In this document: positions 17,792 to 28,813 of the stretch, one piece after another
How positions within the stretch are numbered: the first letter of the stretch is position 1
How the letters are laid out: every line of letters begins with the position of its first letter
From: Candidatus Sulfobium sp.
Lineage (GTDB): Bacteria; Nitrospirota; Thermodesulfovibrionia; Thermodesulfovibrionales; UBA6898
Length of the DNA: 64,000 nucleotides
Direction of reading: 5' to 3'
NCBI GenBank assembly: GCA_037380845.1
Contig: JARRRI010000009.1
Span: 1-64,000, forward strand
Notes under the pieces: model-generated
Told to the model about the DNA's origin: nothing
Database searches by the model: none
Seen by the model: the letters and a program-made list of their open reading frames with translations, nothing else
Program-made: the position numbers and the translations under genes

Positions 17792-19016
17792 CTACGCGGC
17801 TGTTTCGGGAATGACTTCGTGCAGTACCCGGTTTAATTTTGACAGACGGTAAGGCTTGGGCAGCACTCCCTTGAAACCGTATTGCCTGAAATCGGACATG
17901 ATACTGTCGTCCGAGTAACCGCTCGAAACTATCGCCTTTGCCTCCGGGTCACTTTCAAGCAGTTTCCCGACGGCCTCCCTCCCCCCCATACCGCTCGAAA
18001 CCACAAGATCGACGATGACGGCATCAAAGGTACGCCCCCGGATCATTGAGCGCCGGTATATGTCGATCATCTCCGATCCGTCCCTGGCAAAAGTTGATTC
18101 GCAGCCGCACTGAAGCAGCATCCTGTCGAGAACCGTCCTGACTATTTCTTCATCATCCATTACAAGGATCCGCTTCCTCGCAATGAAAAGGTCCTTTCCC
18201 CCTTCGTCAGGAGACCTTGCCTTATCCCGTGCAACAGGAAGGTAGACATGGAAGATTGCCCCCGCTCCGGGTCTTGATTCCACTGTAATACAACCCCCCA
18301 TGGGTTCTGACGACAGAAAAAGAGCTGGTAAGGCCCAGCCCGCTGCTCCTGTCTTTCGTCGTAAAAAAGGGGTCGAAGATCCTCTCGATGTCGGCATCTT
18401 CGATTCCGTATCCCTCATCCTTGATCGACAGCCTGACATATTCCCCTTCGTTAAGGGGGAGGTGCGACTCCGGCTCCGCCGACACATTCTCAGCACTTAT
18501 CCTGATTTTGCCGCCCCCAGGCATCGCCTGCCGGGCATTGACCAGAAGATTGTTCACAGCCTGACGTACCTGCCCCTCATCGACCTCAACGGCTGAGAGA
18601 TCGTCAGGGAGAAAAAACTCATATTTTATGCCGGCGTTGTCCGGCCCGCGACCGAGCATATCCCCGATGAGGTTTCTCATCGATATGGATTTTCTGAATA
18701 TCATCCCCCCTTTGGAGAAGGTCAGCAGCTGCTGCGTGATGTCATCTGCCCTCTGGGCCGCCTTCTCGGCCTCAGTCAGGATATCGAAAACCTCCAGCCC
18801 CGGTTTGGCGTACATCTTCGCCAGAACGATGTTACCGACTATAGACGTCAGGATATTATTGAATTCATGGGCTATCCCCCCCGCCAGCAGCCCGAGCGAC
18901 TCCATTTTCTGGGACCGGACAAGCTCACTCTCCATTCTTTCCATTTCGGAAATCCTGTCCCGGGCCTCCGCCAGTTCCTTTACAAGCTGCTCTCTGGGTT
19001 TGTCTTCGTCTTTCAC
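17792..19016 (-). pseudogene. Hybrid histidine kinase/response regulator, frameshifted in a G6 run at 18294-18299
   Basis: SQKMESLGLLAGGIAHEFNN, NLLVNA, DEGYGI, FDPFFTTK, GLGL, then CITVESRPGAGA and a receiver domain in another frame. Confidence 0.88.
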
Positions 19017-19146
19017 AGCCCAGGTACCATGCGATGCGCGATCAGTTTTCCGGTTGTCGTTGATGAGGATAGCCGAAGCATCGAGTTAAGACTACCATGT
19101 GGTAATGACCGATTTCAACGCGGCCGGCAAAGGCTTGCAAAGGGGG

Positions 19147-19225
<79 letters not shown>

Positions 19226-19306
19226 AACTCTATAACTTATAGATATAATCACGGAAAAGTCAAACAGCCCCCGTCAGCAACAGTTCAGTTACGGGTATCG
19301 GCAGAA

Positions 19307-19409
19307 AGAAAGATTCCGGACAAGCCGGAACGACGATTCTGTCTATATGTACCTTTTCCTGTCATTCCCGCAAGTAAGGCGCTTGCCGGCAGGCAGACGA
19401 CGGGAATCC
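19307..19409. repeat. REP-like palindromic elements
   Basis: AGAAAGATTCCGGACAAGCCGGAACGAC (19307-19334) and GTCATTCCCG...CGGGAATCC (19361-19409). Confidence 0.65.
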
Positions 19410-19439
19410 TTTCCGGGGCGGCAGCCTGTCTTATCCTTG

Positions 19440-20654
19440 TCAGCAGGGCCTTCCTATCCTTCCCTTCACCTCCGAAAACTCATGCTCATATTTCGCCGGT
19501 TTCTTGCCGAAACAGATCCCCAGCCCTTCGAAAAGGGCAACTTCCTCAAGGTCCACTTCCCTCCTCCTGATAGCCTCCTCAGTCGGAATGTAATGTATGT
19601 GTCTGCCTTCCACGTCAACGACCGTGTTGCCCGTCTTGCCTTCAAGGAGAAGCAGCACTGCCGCAGCGCCGGCCTTGTAACCGAAATTCACATCATAGGC
19701 GGAAGAGGAACCCGAGCGCACGAGGTGTCCCGGGGTCACTTCCCTTACCTCCGGGATCTCATAAACTCCGGGAGCGTACATACCGGCCCTCTGCATGAAG
19801 TCCTTCACTTCCCCGTCCTCTTTGAGCCTTTTTTCAAGCTGCTGACGCACATACTTCCCGGCGCCCGCCAGTTTCTTGTGGCCGAAGGCATCCACGCCGG
19901 CAGACTCATCGTAGAGCAGTTCGCCGCTCGCCGTCTTGATCCCCTCGGCAACGACAATGACGTATGTTCCCGCCTTTACATCGCTCCGTTCGACCCTCGG
20001 TATATAAGTCGCCTTTATATGATCATAGACGATGTCGAAGTCAACCGGAATCTCGGGGATAAGTATGCAGTCCGCCTCGGCAGCTATTCCGCCTCTGAAA
20101 GCGGTATGCCCGACATATCTTCCGAAAACCTCCAGAACCAGAATGCGATTATGGCTCATCCCGGTAGTCCTGATGTCCCTGGCAAAAACCGCTATCTTGT
20201 TTATTGCCGAATCGCCTCCGACACTGTAGGGCTGGAGGTCAAGGTCCATTGTTTTCGGGATGTGAACACAGGGTATGCCGTGGGAGCCGAGATCGACTAC
20301 CACGCTGCCGGTGTCATCGCCTCCGCTGATCGCAAGGGCGTCGATACCGAACTTCCTAAGGCCGGCCTCGATTCTCTCATACTTGTTCGCATCGTTGATC
20401 TTTTTTATTTTTACCCGGGAATGGCCCGCCTCCGATCCCGCAAGAGATGCCTCGATACGGCCCGCCCTCTCCCGGGAGAGGACCACGACATCTTCCAGAT
20501 CGACCAGGTTATAAAGCCCGGCATAACCGTTAGGAATTATGACTGCTTCGATACCCTGAGAAAGCGCCTGCCGTGCAACCCCTTTGATCACGGCATTGAG
20601 ACCGCCGCAATCGCCTCCGCTCGTGATCACTCCGATTCTCCTGACCGCCGCCAT
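19440..20654 (-). CDS. pfkA: 6-phosphofructokinase, PPi-dependent signature
   Basis: TSGGDCGGLN, GGDDT, PKTMDLD, EVFGR, PGHLVRSG. Confidence 0.9.
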   Translation of the reverse strand: MAAVRRIGVITSGGDCGGLNAVIKGVARQALSQGIEAVIIPNGYAGLYNLVDLEDVVVLSRERAGRIEASLAGSEAGHSRVKIKKINDANKYERIEAGLRKFGIDALAISGGDDTGSVVVDLGSHGIPCVHIPKTMDLDLQPYSVGGDSAINKIAVFARDIRTTGMSHNRILVLEVFGRYVGHTAFRGGIAAEADCILIPEIPVDFDIVYDHIKATYIPRVERSDVKAGTYVIVVAEGIKTASGELLYDESAGVDAFGHKKLAGAGKYVRQQLEKRLKEDGEVKDFMQRAGMYAPGVYEIPEVREVTPGHLVRSGSSSAYDVNFGYKAGAAAVLLLLEGKTGNTVVDVEGRHIHYIPTEEAIRRREVDLEEVALFEGLGICFGKKPAKYEHEFSEVKGRIGRPC

Positions 20655-20889
20655 ACTGACCTCCTTCTTATGAGATTAGTCCCTTAGAAGATAATGACAT
20701 TAAAATTGAACACCGCAGAGACGCAGAGTACGAGGGATCTATTCGCCTCTGGGCGGATTCAGCCATTTTTGTTTTCCGGTAAAGCCGGGAAATAAAAACT
20801 CTCCTCACCGCCTCTGCCCTCTCAACAGTAATGTATAATTACACTCCCCGGGCTTGCCGTAATGCATTTCCGTTTCGCCATGCCCATCT

Positions 20890-22200
20890 TCACGAAGGAC
20901 CGGCAGATCCTCCGTTTTCCATCAGAGCCTGAACGGGTCCAAGGCCGTATGGAGTCCCCTGCTCGATCGCCGTCAGCACCGTGCCTCCCCCCGTGAAAAA
21001 ATAATATTGTGCATTATCGAGCACCGAAAGGTAAAGACCGGGGCACAGATCCTTGAACTCCTGGAGCGTATCTCCTCCCCCGTAAAGCTTCTTGGCATGA
21101 GAGTTTCTGTCTATTGTCTCGTCAAGGGCCTGGGACCCCGAATAGAAGTGCGGTGTAAGTCCCATGACCGCGTTTACAAATATGGTACTGGAATGCAGTA
21201 TGGCATCCAGAACAATCTTGTCCGCGAACGATTCCCGGTCTATATCGAGAATGTAACCGTAGCTGTTTCCCTGTTTGAAATCCTTAAGTGAAAGCGTCCG
21301 GTACTTGCCTTCCACTTTCCCGTCAAGGATATCCGACTCCACCACATACGGCATCTCGACTATCTTCCCTCCCGACTTGTCCATGCCGACCAGTTCCTTC
21401 GCCGCCTCGATATCTTTTTCGGATACACCTGCTATGGTGATCCCATATTTGGCACAAAGGAAAGTATTATAGATGACCCCGCCGAGAATCAGTCTGTCGG
21501 CTTTTTCGTAAATAGCATAAAGAGGCCCGATCTTTGTATCGTATTTTGACCCGGCCACCACCGCCGTAAACGGTCTTTGCGGATTCAACACGTAGTCGAG
21601 ATTCATGATTTCTTCCTGCATGAGAAACCCGGCATAGGAGGGAAGGTATCTGGTGATATCATAAGTGGAGACGTGAGGCTGCCAGGAGCCGAAGGCGTCG
21701 TTTACAAATATATCGGCCAGTCCCGCAAGTTGATGGGCGAGTTTTTCCCTCGCTTCTCCTTCCGTCTCTTCTGCTTGAAACCAGCGGGTATTCGGAAGAT
21801 AAATACCGCCGATCCTTCTTTCCCGCAGGGCCCTTATGGCGTGGTTTATGGATGTGTCAATGCCCGTTATTCCCACCCCGGGGGCTGCCTGAAAATCGGG
21901 GATATGAAACTTAATGTGGAGCTTCCGCTCCAGATATTCGACTATCGGTTTTACAGATTCTTCTTCCCTGCAGTGGATCTCGCCGGTCTTCTTGTCTCTG
22001 GGCCGACCTATATGGGTCATCAGAATCGGCCTTCCGCCGCGTTCTACGATGTTATACAGGGTCCCCAGGGTCCTGTCGATCCTGTAGGGGTCCCTGATCT
22101 GGCCGTTTTTTACGACGTTGTGGTCGAACCGCACAAGGACCACCTTGCCCTCGATGGGGGCGTTCTGGACCAAAGGGAGCTTCGGATCTATCTTGCTCAT
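20890..22200 (-). CDS. pgk: Phosphoglycerate kinase (divergent)
   Basis: VLVRFDHNV, THIGRP, PNTRW, FVNDAFG, GGGDT, TGGG; GGAGG RBS before ATG 22200. Confidence 0.85.
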   Translation of the reverse strand: MSKIDPKLPLVQNAPIEGKVVLVRFDHNVVKNGQIRDPYRIDRTLGTLYNIVERGGRPILMTHIGRPRDKKTGEIHCREEESVKPIVEYLERKLHIKFHIPDFQAAPGVGITGIDTSINHAIRALRERRIGGIYLPNTRWFQAEETEGEAREKLAHQLAGLADIFVNDAFGSWQPHVSTYDITRYLPSYAGFLMQEEIMNLDYVLNPQRPFTAVVAGSKYDTKIGPLYAIYEKADRLILGGVIYNTFLCAKYGITIAGVSEKDIEAAKELVGMDKSGGKIVEMPYVVESDILDGKVEGKYRTLSLKDFKQGNSYGYILDIDRESFADKIVLDAILHSSTIFVNAVMGLTPHFYSGSQALDETIDRNSHAKKLYGGGDTLQEFKDLCPGLYLSVLDNAQYYFFTGGGTVLTAIEQGTPYGLGPVQALMENGGSAGPS

Positions 22201-22396
22201 AGGTACCTCCGGAGGGGATGACTCTTCGACAACATTCCTTAAAAAGCCGCTATAGCACAAGATAGCATATAAGAAGACCCTTCGCAACAGGTCCTGCCGG
22301 TCAAGTGTACGACGCATGAACACGCATCCTGATGGCGGGGACTTTCAGGGAGCATAATCCTCCTCCCCCGTCAGGAGGAAACTTTCCGGCGCCACA

Positions 22397-25300
22397 TCAG
22401 GGCTGCGATGCTTCCCGGTGATACTCCTGGATTGGCTTGATGCTGATCTCTTTTTTGCTCATCGATTCGATCGCGTTTATAACCGCCCTGGCGCCGGCCA
22501 CAGTCGTGGTGTAGGGTACGCCGTACTGAAGGGCGCTCCTCCTGATCGACATGGAATCCTTCTGGGCCTGCGCGTCGCTTACGGTGTTTATGACGAATGT
22601 TATCTCCTTGTTCTTGATAAGGTCGACGATGTGGGGCCTTCCCTCGGCGACCTTGTTGATAACCTCTACCGGGAGCCCCTTCTTGTCGAGAAAGGCCGCC
22701 GTCCCCCTCGTGGCAATGACAGAAAAACCCGCCGCAAAAAGCCGCCTGACGACGTCACAGATCCCGGGCTTGTCCTCGTCCCTGATGCTGATGACTATCT
22801 TGCCCGAAAGAGGGATCCGGTTGTTGGAGGCGATCTGCGCCTTGGCGTAGGCCCTTCCGAAGTCTTCGTCTATTCCCATCACCTCTCCGGTAGATTTCAT
22901 CTCCGGCCCGAGTATCGTATCGACACCCGGGAACTTGTCGAAGGGAAAGACGGCTTCCTTGACCGCTACGTGCTTGACCGACTTTTCCCCCGTGATGCCG
23001 AGTTCGCCGAGCTTCTTGCCGGACATGACCTTGGCCGCCACCTTTGCCAGCGGCACACCCGTGGCCTTGCTGACAAAAGGTATCGTCCGCGAGGCCCTCG
23101 GATTGACCTCCAAAATATAAATCTCGTTCTTCTTCACGGCAAACTGCACGTTCATAAGCCCTATTACCCCGAGTTCCTTCGCCAGCGCCCTGGTCTGCCT
23201 CTTGATCTCCTCGGTGATTTCATGGCTCAGAGAGTAAGGAGGAAGGGAGCAGGCGGAGTCGCCGGAATGGATGCCGGCCTCTTCGATATGCTCCATGACG
23301 CCGCCGACGATAACGTCGACGCCGTCCGACACCGCGTCCACATCGACTTCGATGGCGTCGTTGAGATACTTGTCGACAAGGATCGGATGGTCCGGAGAAG
23401 CCGTCACAGCCCGCTCCATGTAATCCCGGATCGAATCCTCGTCATAAACGATCTCCATGGCCCTTCCACCCAATACGTACGAAGGCCGCACCATGACGGG
23501 ATATCCTATTTTATTGGCAACTGCGACCGCCTCTTCGGCCGAGAGGGCGGTGTCGCTTTCGGGCTGCTTCAGGTCCAGCTTCTCCAAAAGCTCCCTGAAC
23601 CTTTTCCTGTCTTCCGCACGGTCGATGGAATCGGGGGTGGTCCCGAGTATCCGTATCCCTTCCCTTTCCAGGGGGACGGCCAGTTTCAGCGGCGTCTGCC
23701 CCCCGAACTGTACAATGACACCTTCGGGCTTCTCGGCCTCGACGATGCTCAGAACGTCCTCGATGGTAAGAGGTTCGAAATAGAGCCTGTCGGATGTGTC
23801 ATAATCCGTGCTGACAGTCTCGGGATTGCAGTTTACCATAATGGTTTCATATCCGAGTTCGCTGAGCGCGAAAACCGCGTGGACGCAACAGAAATCGAAT
23901 TCAATCCCCTGGCCGATCCTGTTGGGCCCCGAACCCAGGATCATTAAATTTTTTCTGCCCGTGGGGTTGGCCTCGGACTCCGCGTGTCGACCATTTTGTA
24001 GACAGGTTTAATATTACATTCCTTTCTCCATCTTCTCACGTCCTCCTCGGCAACGTCGAGCATCTGTGAAAGCCTGCGGTCGGAAAACCCGTATTCCTTG
24101 GCGTCACGAACGAGTGCCGCTAACTCTGACCTGTCTTTGTCGTCTTTCACTTTTGCATTCTGCATTCTGCATTCCGACTTTCTTATCTCTTCTTCCATCC
24201 CGATGATCTGCTTTAGATTGTTCAGAAACCAGGGATCAATCCATGTATACTCGTAGATCTCTTCAACGGTCATCCCCTTGCGGATCGCCTGAGCGACATA
24301 CCATAACCGTTCCACGCCCGGGATCTTCAGCCTGGAAACTATCCTGTCCGGTGATGCGTCCGTAATTTCCTCCAGGCCGTAGCTTCCGCTCTCCAGACTT
24401 CTGAGGGATTTCTGCAGGGATTCCTTGAAGGTCCTGCCGATCGACATCACCTCCCCTACGGATTTCATCTGGGTGGTCAGTACGGGGTCGGCCTCAGGGA
24501 ACTTTTCGAAGGCGAACCTCGGGAATTTGGTCACCACATAGTCTATCGTCGGCTCAAAGGATGCCGGGGTTTCCCTCGTGATATCGTTTCTGATTTCATC
24601 CAGTGTAAGCCCTACTGCAAGCTTGGCTGCTATCTTGGCGATGGGAAAGCCCGTCGCCTTGGAAGCCAGTGCAGAACTGCGCGACACCCTGGGGTTCATC
24701 TCGATTACCACCATCCTGCCGTCATACTGGTTCAGGGCGAACTGGATGTTGGAACCGCCCGTATCCACCCCTATCTCCCGTATGATAGCGATCGAGGCGT
24801 CCCTCATTCTCTGATATTCCTTGTCAGTGAGGGTCTGAGCAGGCGCTACGGTGATGGAGTCGCCGGTGTGCACACCCATGGGGTCGAAATTCTCTATGGA
24901 GCAGACTATGACCACGTTGTCCTTCCGGTCGCGCATTACCTCCAGTTCGTATTCCTTCCATCCGAGCACGGACTCTTCGATCAGCACCTGGTTGACCGGA
25001 CTCAGCTTTAACCCTTTGTCCAGGAGTCCAACGAACTCTTCCTGGTTGTAAGCTAAGAATGGCAGGGTACCCGATATCGCCCATGGCGTCCATCCCTTCC
25101 TTGAGGCTTATCACTGCAGCGCTTCTGGGCACCTCCAGTCCTATTCTGGCCATTGCATCCTTGAACAGTTCCCGGTCTTCGGCCTTCTTTATGGCATGGA
25201 GCCTCGCGCCGATCAGTTCGACATCGTATTTTTCAAGGATGCCTTTTTCCGACAGCTCCACGGCGATATTCAGGGCGGTCTGGCCGCCCATTGTGGGAAG

Positions 25301-25558
25301 GACCGCATCGGGTTTCTCCTTCTCGATGATAAGTTCCAGCACATCGGTCGTCAGCGGCTCTATATATGTGACATCCGCCATCTCCGGGTCGGTCATTATT
25401 GTGGCAGGATTGGAATTGACGAGTACGACCCTGTAACCCTCGTCCCGCAAAGCCTTGCACGCCTGGGCGCCCGAATAGTCGAATTCGCATGCCTGCCCTA
25501 TCACGATAGGACCCGAACCTATGATAAGTATATTCTTTATATCTTCTCTCTTAGGCAA
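22397..25558 (-). pseudogene. carB: Carbamoyl-phosphate synthase large subunit, broken into three ORFs by two apparent deletions (near 25054 and 23983)
   Basis: MPKRED...[64 protein letters not shown]; the RP.FTLGG.GG and CAAEF..TPY.YSTY segments are missing at the breaks. Confidence 0.93.
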
Positions 25559-25651
25559 CTTTACCTCTCAGGATCATATTTTTGCGTCATGTACCTGCCC
25601 TTTGCATTCATTGATTCTCCAACTGCATAGCCCAATAATAAGACCATTCCA

Positions 25652-25679
25652 GTCATTCCGGCTTGTTCGGAATCTTTCT
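25652..25679 (-). repeat. REP-like element, inverted copy of 19307-19334
   Basis: Reverse complement AGAAAGATTCCGAACAAGCCGGAATGAC, 2 mismatches in 28 nt. Confidence 0.75.
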
Positions 25680-25707
25680 TTCTTCACTTTTCAGAAGTAT
25701 ACCCAAC

Positions 25708-26319
25708 TCACAACTCAAGAAATTTCTTTATGGCCTCATGGGCGGAAATGGCATCCTTCATCTCTCCGGAAGTATAGATAGTCCTGTCTGACCCGTCTGC
25801 CAGTTTCAGTTTCAGCAGGTAAGAAACCGTCTCCTCCCCGAAACCGGGGATTGCCACGCCGTGCTGCAGTGATATCTTCTCGACAAACTCCACTCCGTCG
25901 GGGTTTTCTATTTTCGTCTTCTTTGTTTCGATGATTACCTCATTGACTGAGTTCAGCGGAATCCGGTCTCTTACCCTCTTCGTAATCCCGCCGACCGAGA
26001 TAGTTACAACCTTCCCCTCCCTGTCGAATATCGCCTCCAGGTATCTGCCCCTGAATATGAACTTCCTGAAAAAGGAAAATCCGCCCACAAAGAGCACGAT
26101 GAAGGCGGCATAAGCGATAAAAGATCTGCCGTAACTCACGACCAGCAGCGTATAGACCAGTCCCGCGACAGCCATCGAAGCCAGTGCGGACGCAAATTCC
26201 CTGTTGTAGATCCCGGTGTGCAGCACGCTGGCGGTACCAGTGGAGAAGCTGCTCGTCCTGAAGACCAGTGATCTGCCCGTCTCCTGAATGTCGTAGTTGT
26301 TGTTTTGTAAGTCCGTCAT
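25708..26319 (-). CDS. Hypothetical membrane protein between carA and carB
   Basis: ATGA overlap with carA stop; two TM segments. Confidence 0.75.
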   Translation of the reverse strand: MTDLQNNNYDIQETGRSLVFRTSSFSTGTASVLHTGIYNREFASALASMAVAGLVYTLLVVSYGRSFIAYAAFIVLFVGGFSFFRKFIFRGRYLEAIFDREGKVVTISVGGITKRVRDRIPLNSVNEVIIETKKTKIENPDGVEFVEKISLQHGVAIPGFGEETVSYLLKLKLADGSDRTIYTSGEMKDAISAHEAIKKFLEL

Positions 26320-27503
26320 ACCCAACCGGTCTCAATAAGGTCTCTGAACTTTCTGAAAAGGTGGGCTGAATCGTTCGGCCCCGGTCCGGCCTCGGGATGA
26401 TGTTGCACAGAAAACACCGGAAGTTCGACATGTCTCATCCCCTCCTCCGTGCCGTCGTAAAGGTTCTTGTGAGTAAGCTTAACCTGTCCCCGCAGACTCT
26501 CCACGTCTACACAGTAATTGTGATTCTGCGATGTTATCTCGACCTTTCCGGTCGACAGGTCCTTGACGGGGTGATTTCCCCCGTGATGGCCGAATTTGAG
26601 TTTGTATGTCCTGCCGCCCATCGCAAGACCAAGTATCTGATGCCCGAGACAGATCCCGAAGATCGGCTTCTTTCCGAGCAGCTTTTTGGCGGTCTCTATG
26701 GCCTGGCCCGCGGCTTCGGGGTCGCCGGGCCCGTTGCTGAGGATTATGCCGTCCGGTTCCAGTTCGAGCGCCTCCTCTGCGGGTGTCTGCGCGGGAATGA
26801 CAGTCACACGGAAACCTGCCTCCGCAAGGTTTCTCAGAATGTTGAATTTGACGCCGAAGTCGTAAACAACCACAGACCGTGAGGAGTGAGGATCAAGGGG
26901 TGAAGAGACCTTGCCTGTGCCTGCATTCGCACTTCTGACTGCCGACTTCATGCTTCTGACTTCTTCTGTGCACCACTTCCAGCAACCCTCCTGCCAGCCG
27001 TAGGACTCTTTGGTTGTCACAACGCTGACAAGGTCAAGCGCAGAGATTCCGGGATGGGCACGCACCCTTTCCAGGAGGGCAGAGGGGTCTATATCTTCTG
27101 TAGAGATGATGCCCATCTGCGCTCCGTGGTTTCTGAGATGCGAGGTCAATGCCCTGGTATCGATCCCCTGGATGCCCACGATACCGTATTTTTTCATATA
27201 TGACGTCAGGCTGGTGGAAGAACGCCAGTTGCTCGGAAAATCACAGGCCTCTTTCACAATAAAGCCTTCCGCCCTTATTCCGCCTCCGGACTCGATATCC
27301 TCTTCGTTCACGCCGTAGTTGCCGATCTGAGTATAGGTCATCGTCACTATCTGGCCCTTGTAAGAGGGGTCGGTCAGGATCTCCTGATATCCCGTCATGG
27401 AGGTATTGAAGACCACCTCGCCGATAGCTTCGCCTCCGGCCCCGAAGCCTTTTCCTTCAAATACGGTCCCGTCAGAAAGGACCAGCAGAGCCCTCATTTC
27501 CAT
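26316..27503 (-). CDS. carA: Carbamoyl-phosphate synthase small subunit
   Basis: GEVVFNTSMTGYQEILTDPSY, SNGPGDP, GICLGHQ, HPEAGPGP. Confidence 0.96.
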   Translation of the reverse strand: MEMRALLVLSDGTVFEGKGFGAGGEAIGEVVFNTSMTGYQEILTDPSYKGQIVTMTYTQIGNYGVNEEDIESGGGIRAEGFIVKEACDFPSNWRSSTSLTSYMKKYGIVGIQGIDTRALTSHLRNHGAQMGIISTEDIDPSALLERVRAHPGISALDLVSVVTTKESYGWQEGCWKWCTEEVRSMKSAVRSANAGTGKVSSPLDPHSSRSVVVYDFGVKFNILRNLAEAGFRVTVIPAQTPAEEALELEPDGIILSNGPGDPEAAGQAIETAKKLLGKKPIFGICLGHQILGLAMGGRTYKLKFGHHGGNHPVKDLSTGKVEITSQNHNYCVDVESLRGQVKLTHKNLYDGTEEGMRHVELPVFSVQHHPEAGPGPNDSAHLFRKFRDLIETGWV

Positions 27504-28813
27504 TTGTGCACCCTTCCTTTGCAGATGGTAACAGCCGGCCGAGCATGCAGCATCCATGAACCGAAGGGCGAGTTCCTGCCCTTCGAAACGAACTTTCCGG
27601 TGTCGACCTCGTATTCTTTCTTTGTGTCGACTATCGTCACATCCGCTTCCGAACCGGTCTTCAATGTTCCCTTCGAAAGGCCGACTATTTTTGAGGGACA
27701 GAAAGCCATTTTCCCGACCAGTTTCGCAAGACTGAGTACACCGTCGTCTACAAGTTTCATGCTCAGGCCAATCGATGTCTCGAACCCCGAGATGCCTGAA
27801 GGGGCAAAATCGAACTCGCGCTCTTTTTCGTCCGCATGATGGGGTGCGTGGTCGGTGGCAATGACATCTATAGTCCCGTCCCTAAGGCCCTCTCTAACCG
27901 CCTCCACGTCCTGCTTTCTGCGTAAAGGCGGGTTCACCTTGGCATTGGTGTCATAGTCCCGGACAGCCTCCTCGGTGATACTGAAATAGTGAGGGCATGT
28001 CTCGGCCGTGATGTCAGCGATTCCGCGCTTCTTTGCTGCCCTGATGATTTCAACCGAACGCGCCGTCGAGACGTGGGCAACATGCAGCCTCCCGCCCGTC
28101 AGCTCGGCCAGTGCGACATCCCGGGCGACAATGACCTCCTCCGCCTGAGAGGGTACGCCTTTAAGGCCGAGAGTGGCGGAGAGAAGCCCTTCGTTCATAA
28201 CGCCCCCGGCGGAAAGGGAGAGGTCTTCACAGTGAGATATGACAGGCACTCCCAGTACCCTGGAATATTCAAGCGCCCTTCTCATCATCAGGCTGTCCAT
28301 GACCGGTCTTCCGTCATCTGAAAACGCCACACAGCCCGCCTCGTACATCATCGTAAATTCCGCGAGTTCTTCGCCTTTCTGTCCCTTGGTGATCGCACCC
28401 ACCGGAAAGACCGAACAGGCGCCTTCCTGCATTGCCCGCTTCCTGATGAATTCCGTCACGCTGGAGTTGTCGTTCACGGGATTTGTGTTCGGCATGCAGC
28501 AGACAGATGTGATCCCTCCCCGCACCGCCGCTGTCGTGCCTGTTTTTATGGTCTCCTTGTATTCGAATCCAGGCTCCCTCAGGTGGACGTGCATATCCAC
28601 CAGGCCGGGAAGGACAAACATCCCCGTTGCGTCAATAATCTCAGAATCCGGAGCGGCTGCAATCGGTGACTCTGCTTTCCTGTTCTTCAGTGTCTTTGCG
28701 CTCTTGCGCTTCCGCACTTCCTTTATCCTGCCGCCTTCTATCAGAATGTCGCAGACGCCTTCAACATCCTGTGAAGGATCGATCACAACGCCGTTGACGA
28801 TCAGGACTTTCAT
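27494..28813 (-). CDS. pyrC: Dihydroorotase
   Basis: [31 protein letters not shown]. Confidence 0.96.
   Translation of the reverse strand: MKVLIVNGVVIDPSQDVEGVCDILIEGGRIKEVRKRKSAKTLKNRKAESPIAAAPDSEIIDATGMFVLPGLVDMHVHLREPGFEYKETIKTGTTAAVRGGITSVCCMPNTNPVNDNSSVTEFIRKRAMQEGACSVFPVGAITKGQKGEELAEFTMMYEAGCVAFSDDGRPVMDSLMMRRALEYSRVLGVPVISHCEDLSLSAGGVMNEGLLSATLGLKGVPSQAEEVIVARDVALAELTGGRLHVAHVSTARSVEIIRAAKKRGIADITAETCPHYFSITEEAVRDYDTNAKVNPPLRRKQDVEAVREGLRDGTIDVIATDHAPHHADEKEREFDFAPSGISGFETSIGLSMKLVDDGVLSLAKLVGKMAFCPSKIVGLSKGTLKTGSEADVTIVDTKKEYEVDTGKFVSKGRNSPFGSWMLHARPAVTICKGRVHKWK

Noticed and set aside
20705..20830. ACCGCAGAGACGCAGAG...CTCTGCCCTCTC repeat element
   Set aside because: Resembles 9-nt periodic intergenic repeats but is too degenerate to call from one copy
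19347..23947. Long + strand ORFs (19347-20687, 22418-23947) and similar ones at 28813-29991, 38244-39422 and 60185-61342
   Set aside because: Antisense shadows of well-supported genes in GC-rich DNA; no motifs
22397..24987. Naturally split carB1/carB2
   Set aside because: The break removes the conserved CAAEF/TPY.YSTY segment, and a second break cuts the first ATP-grasp domain; deletion or misassembly fits better
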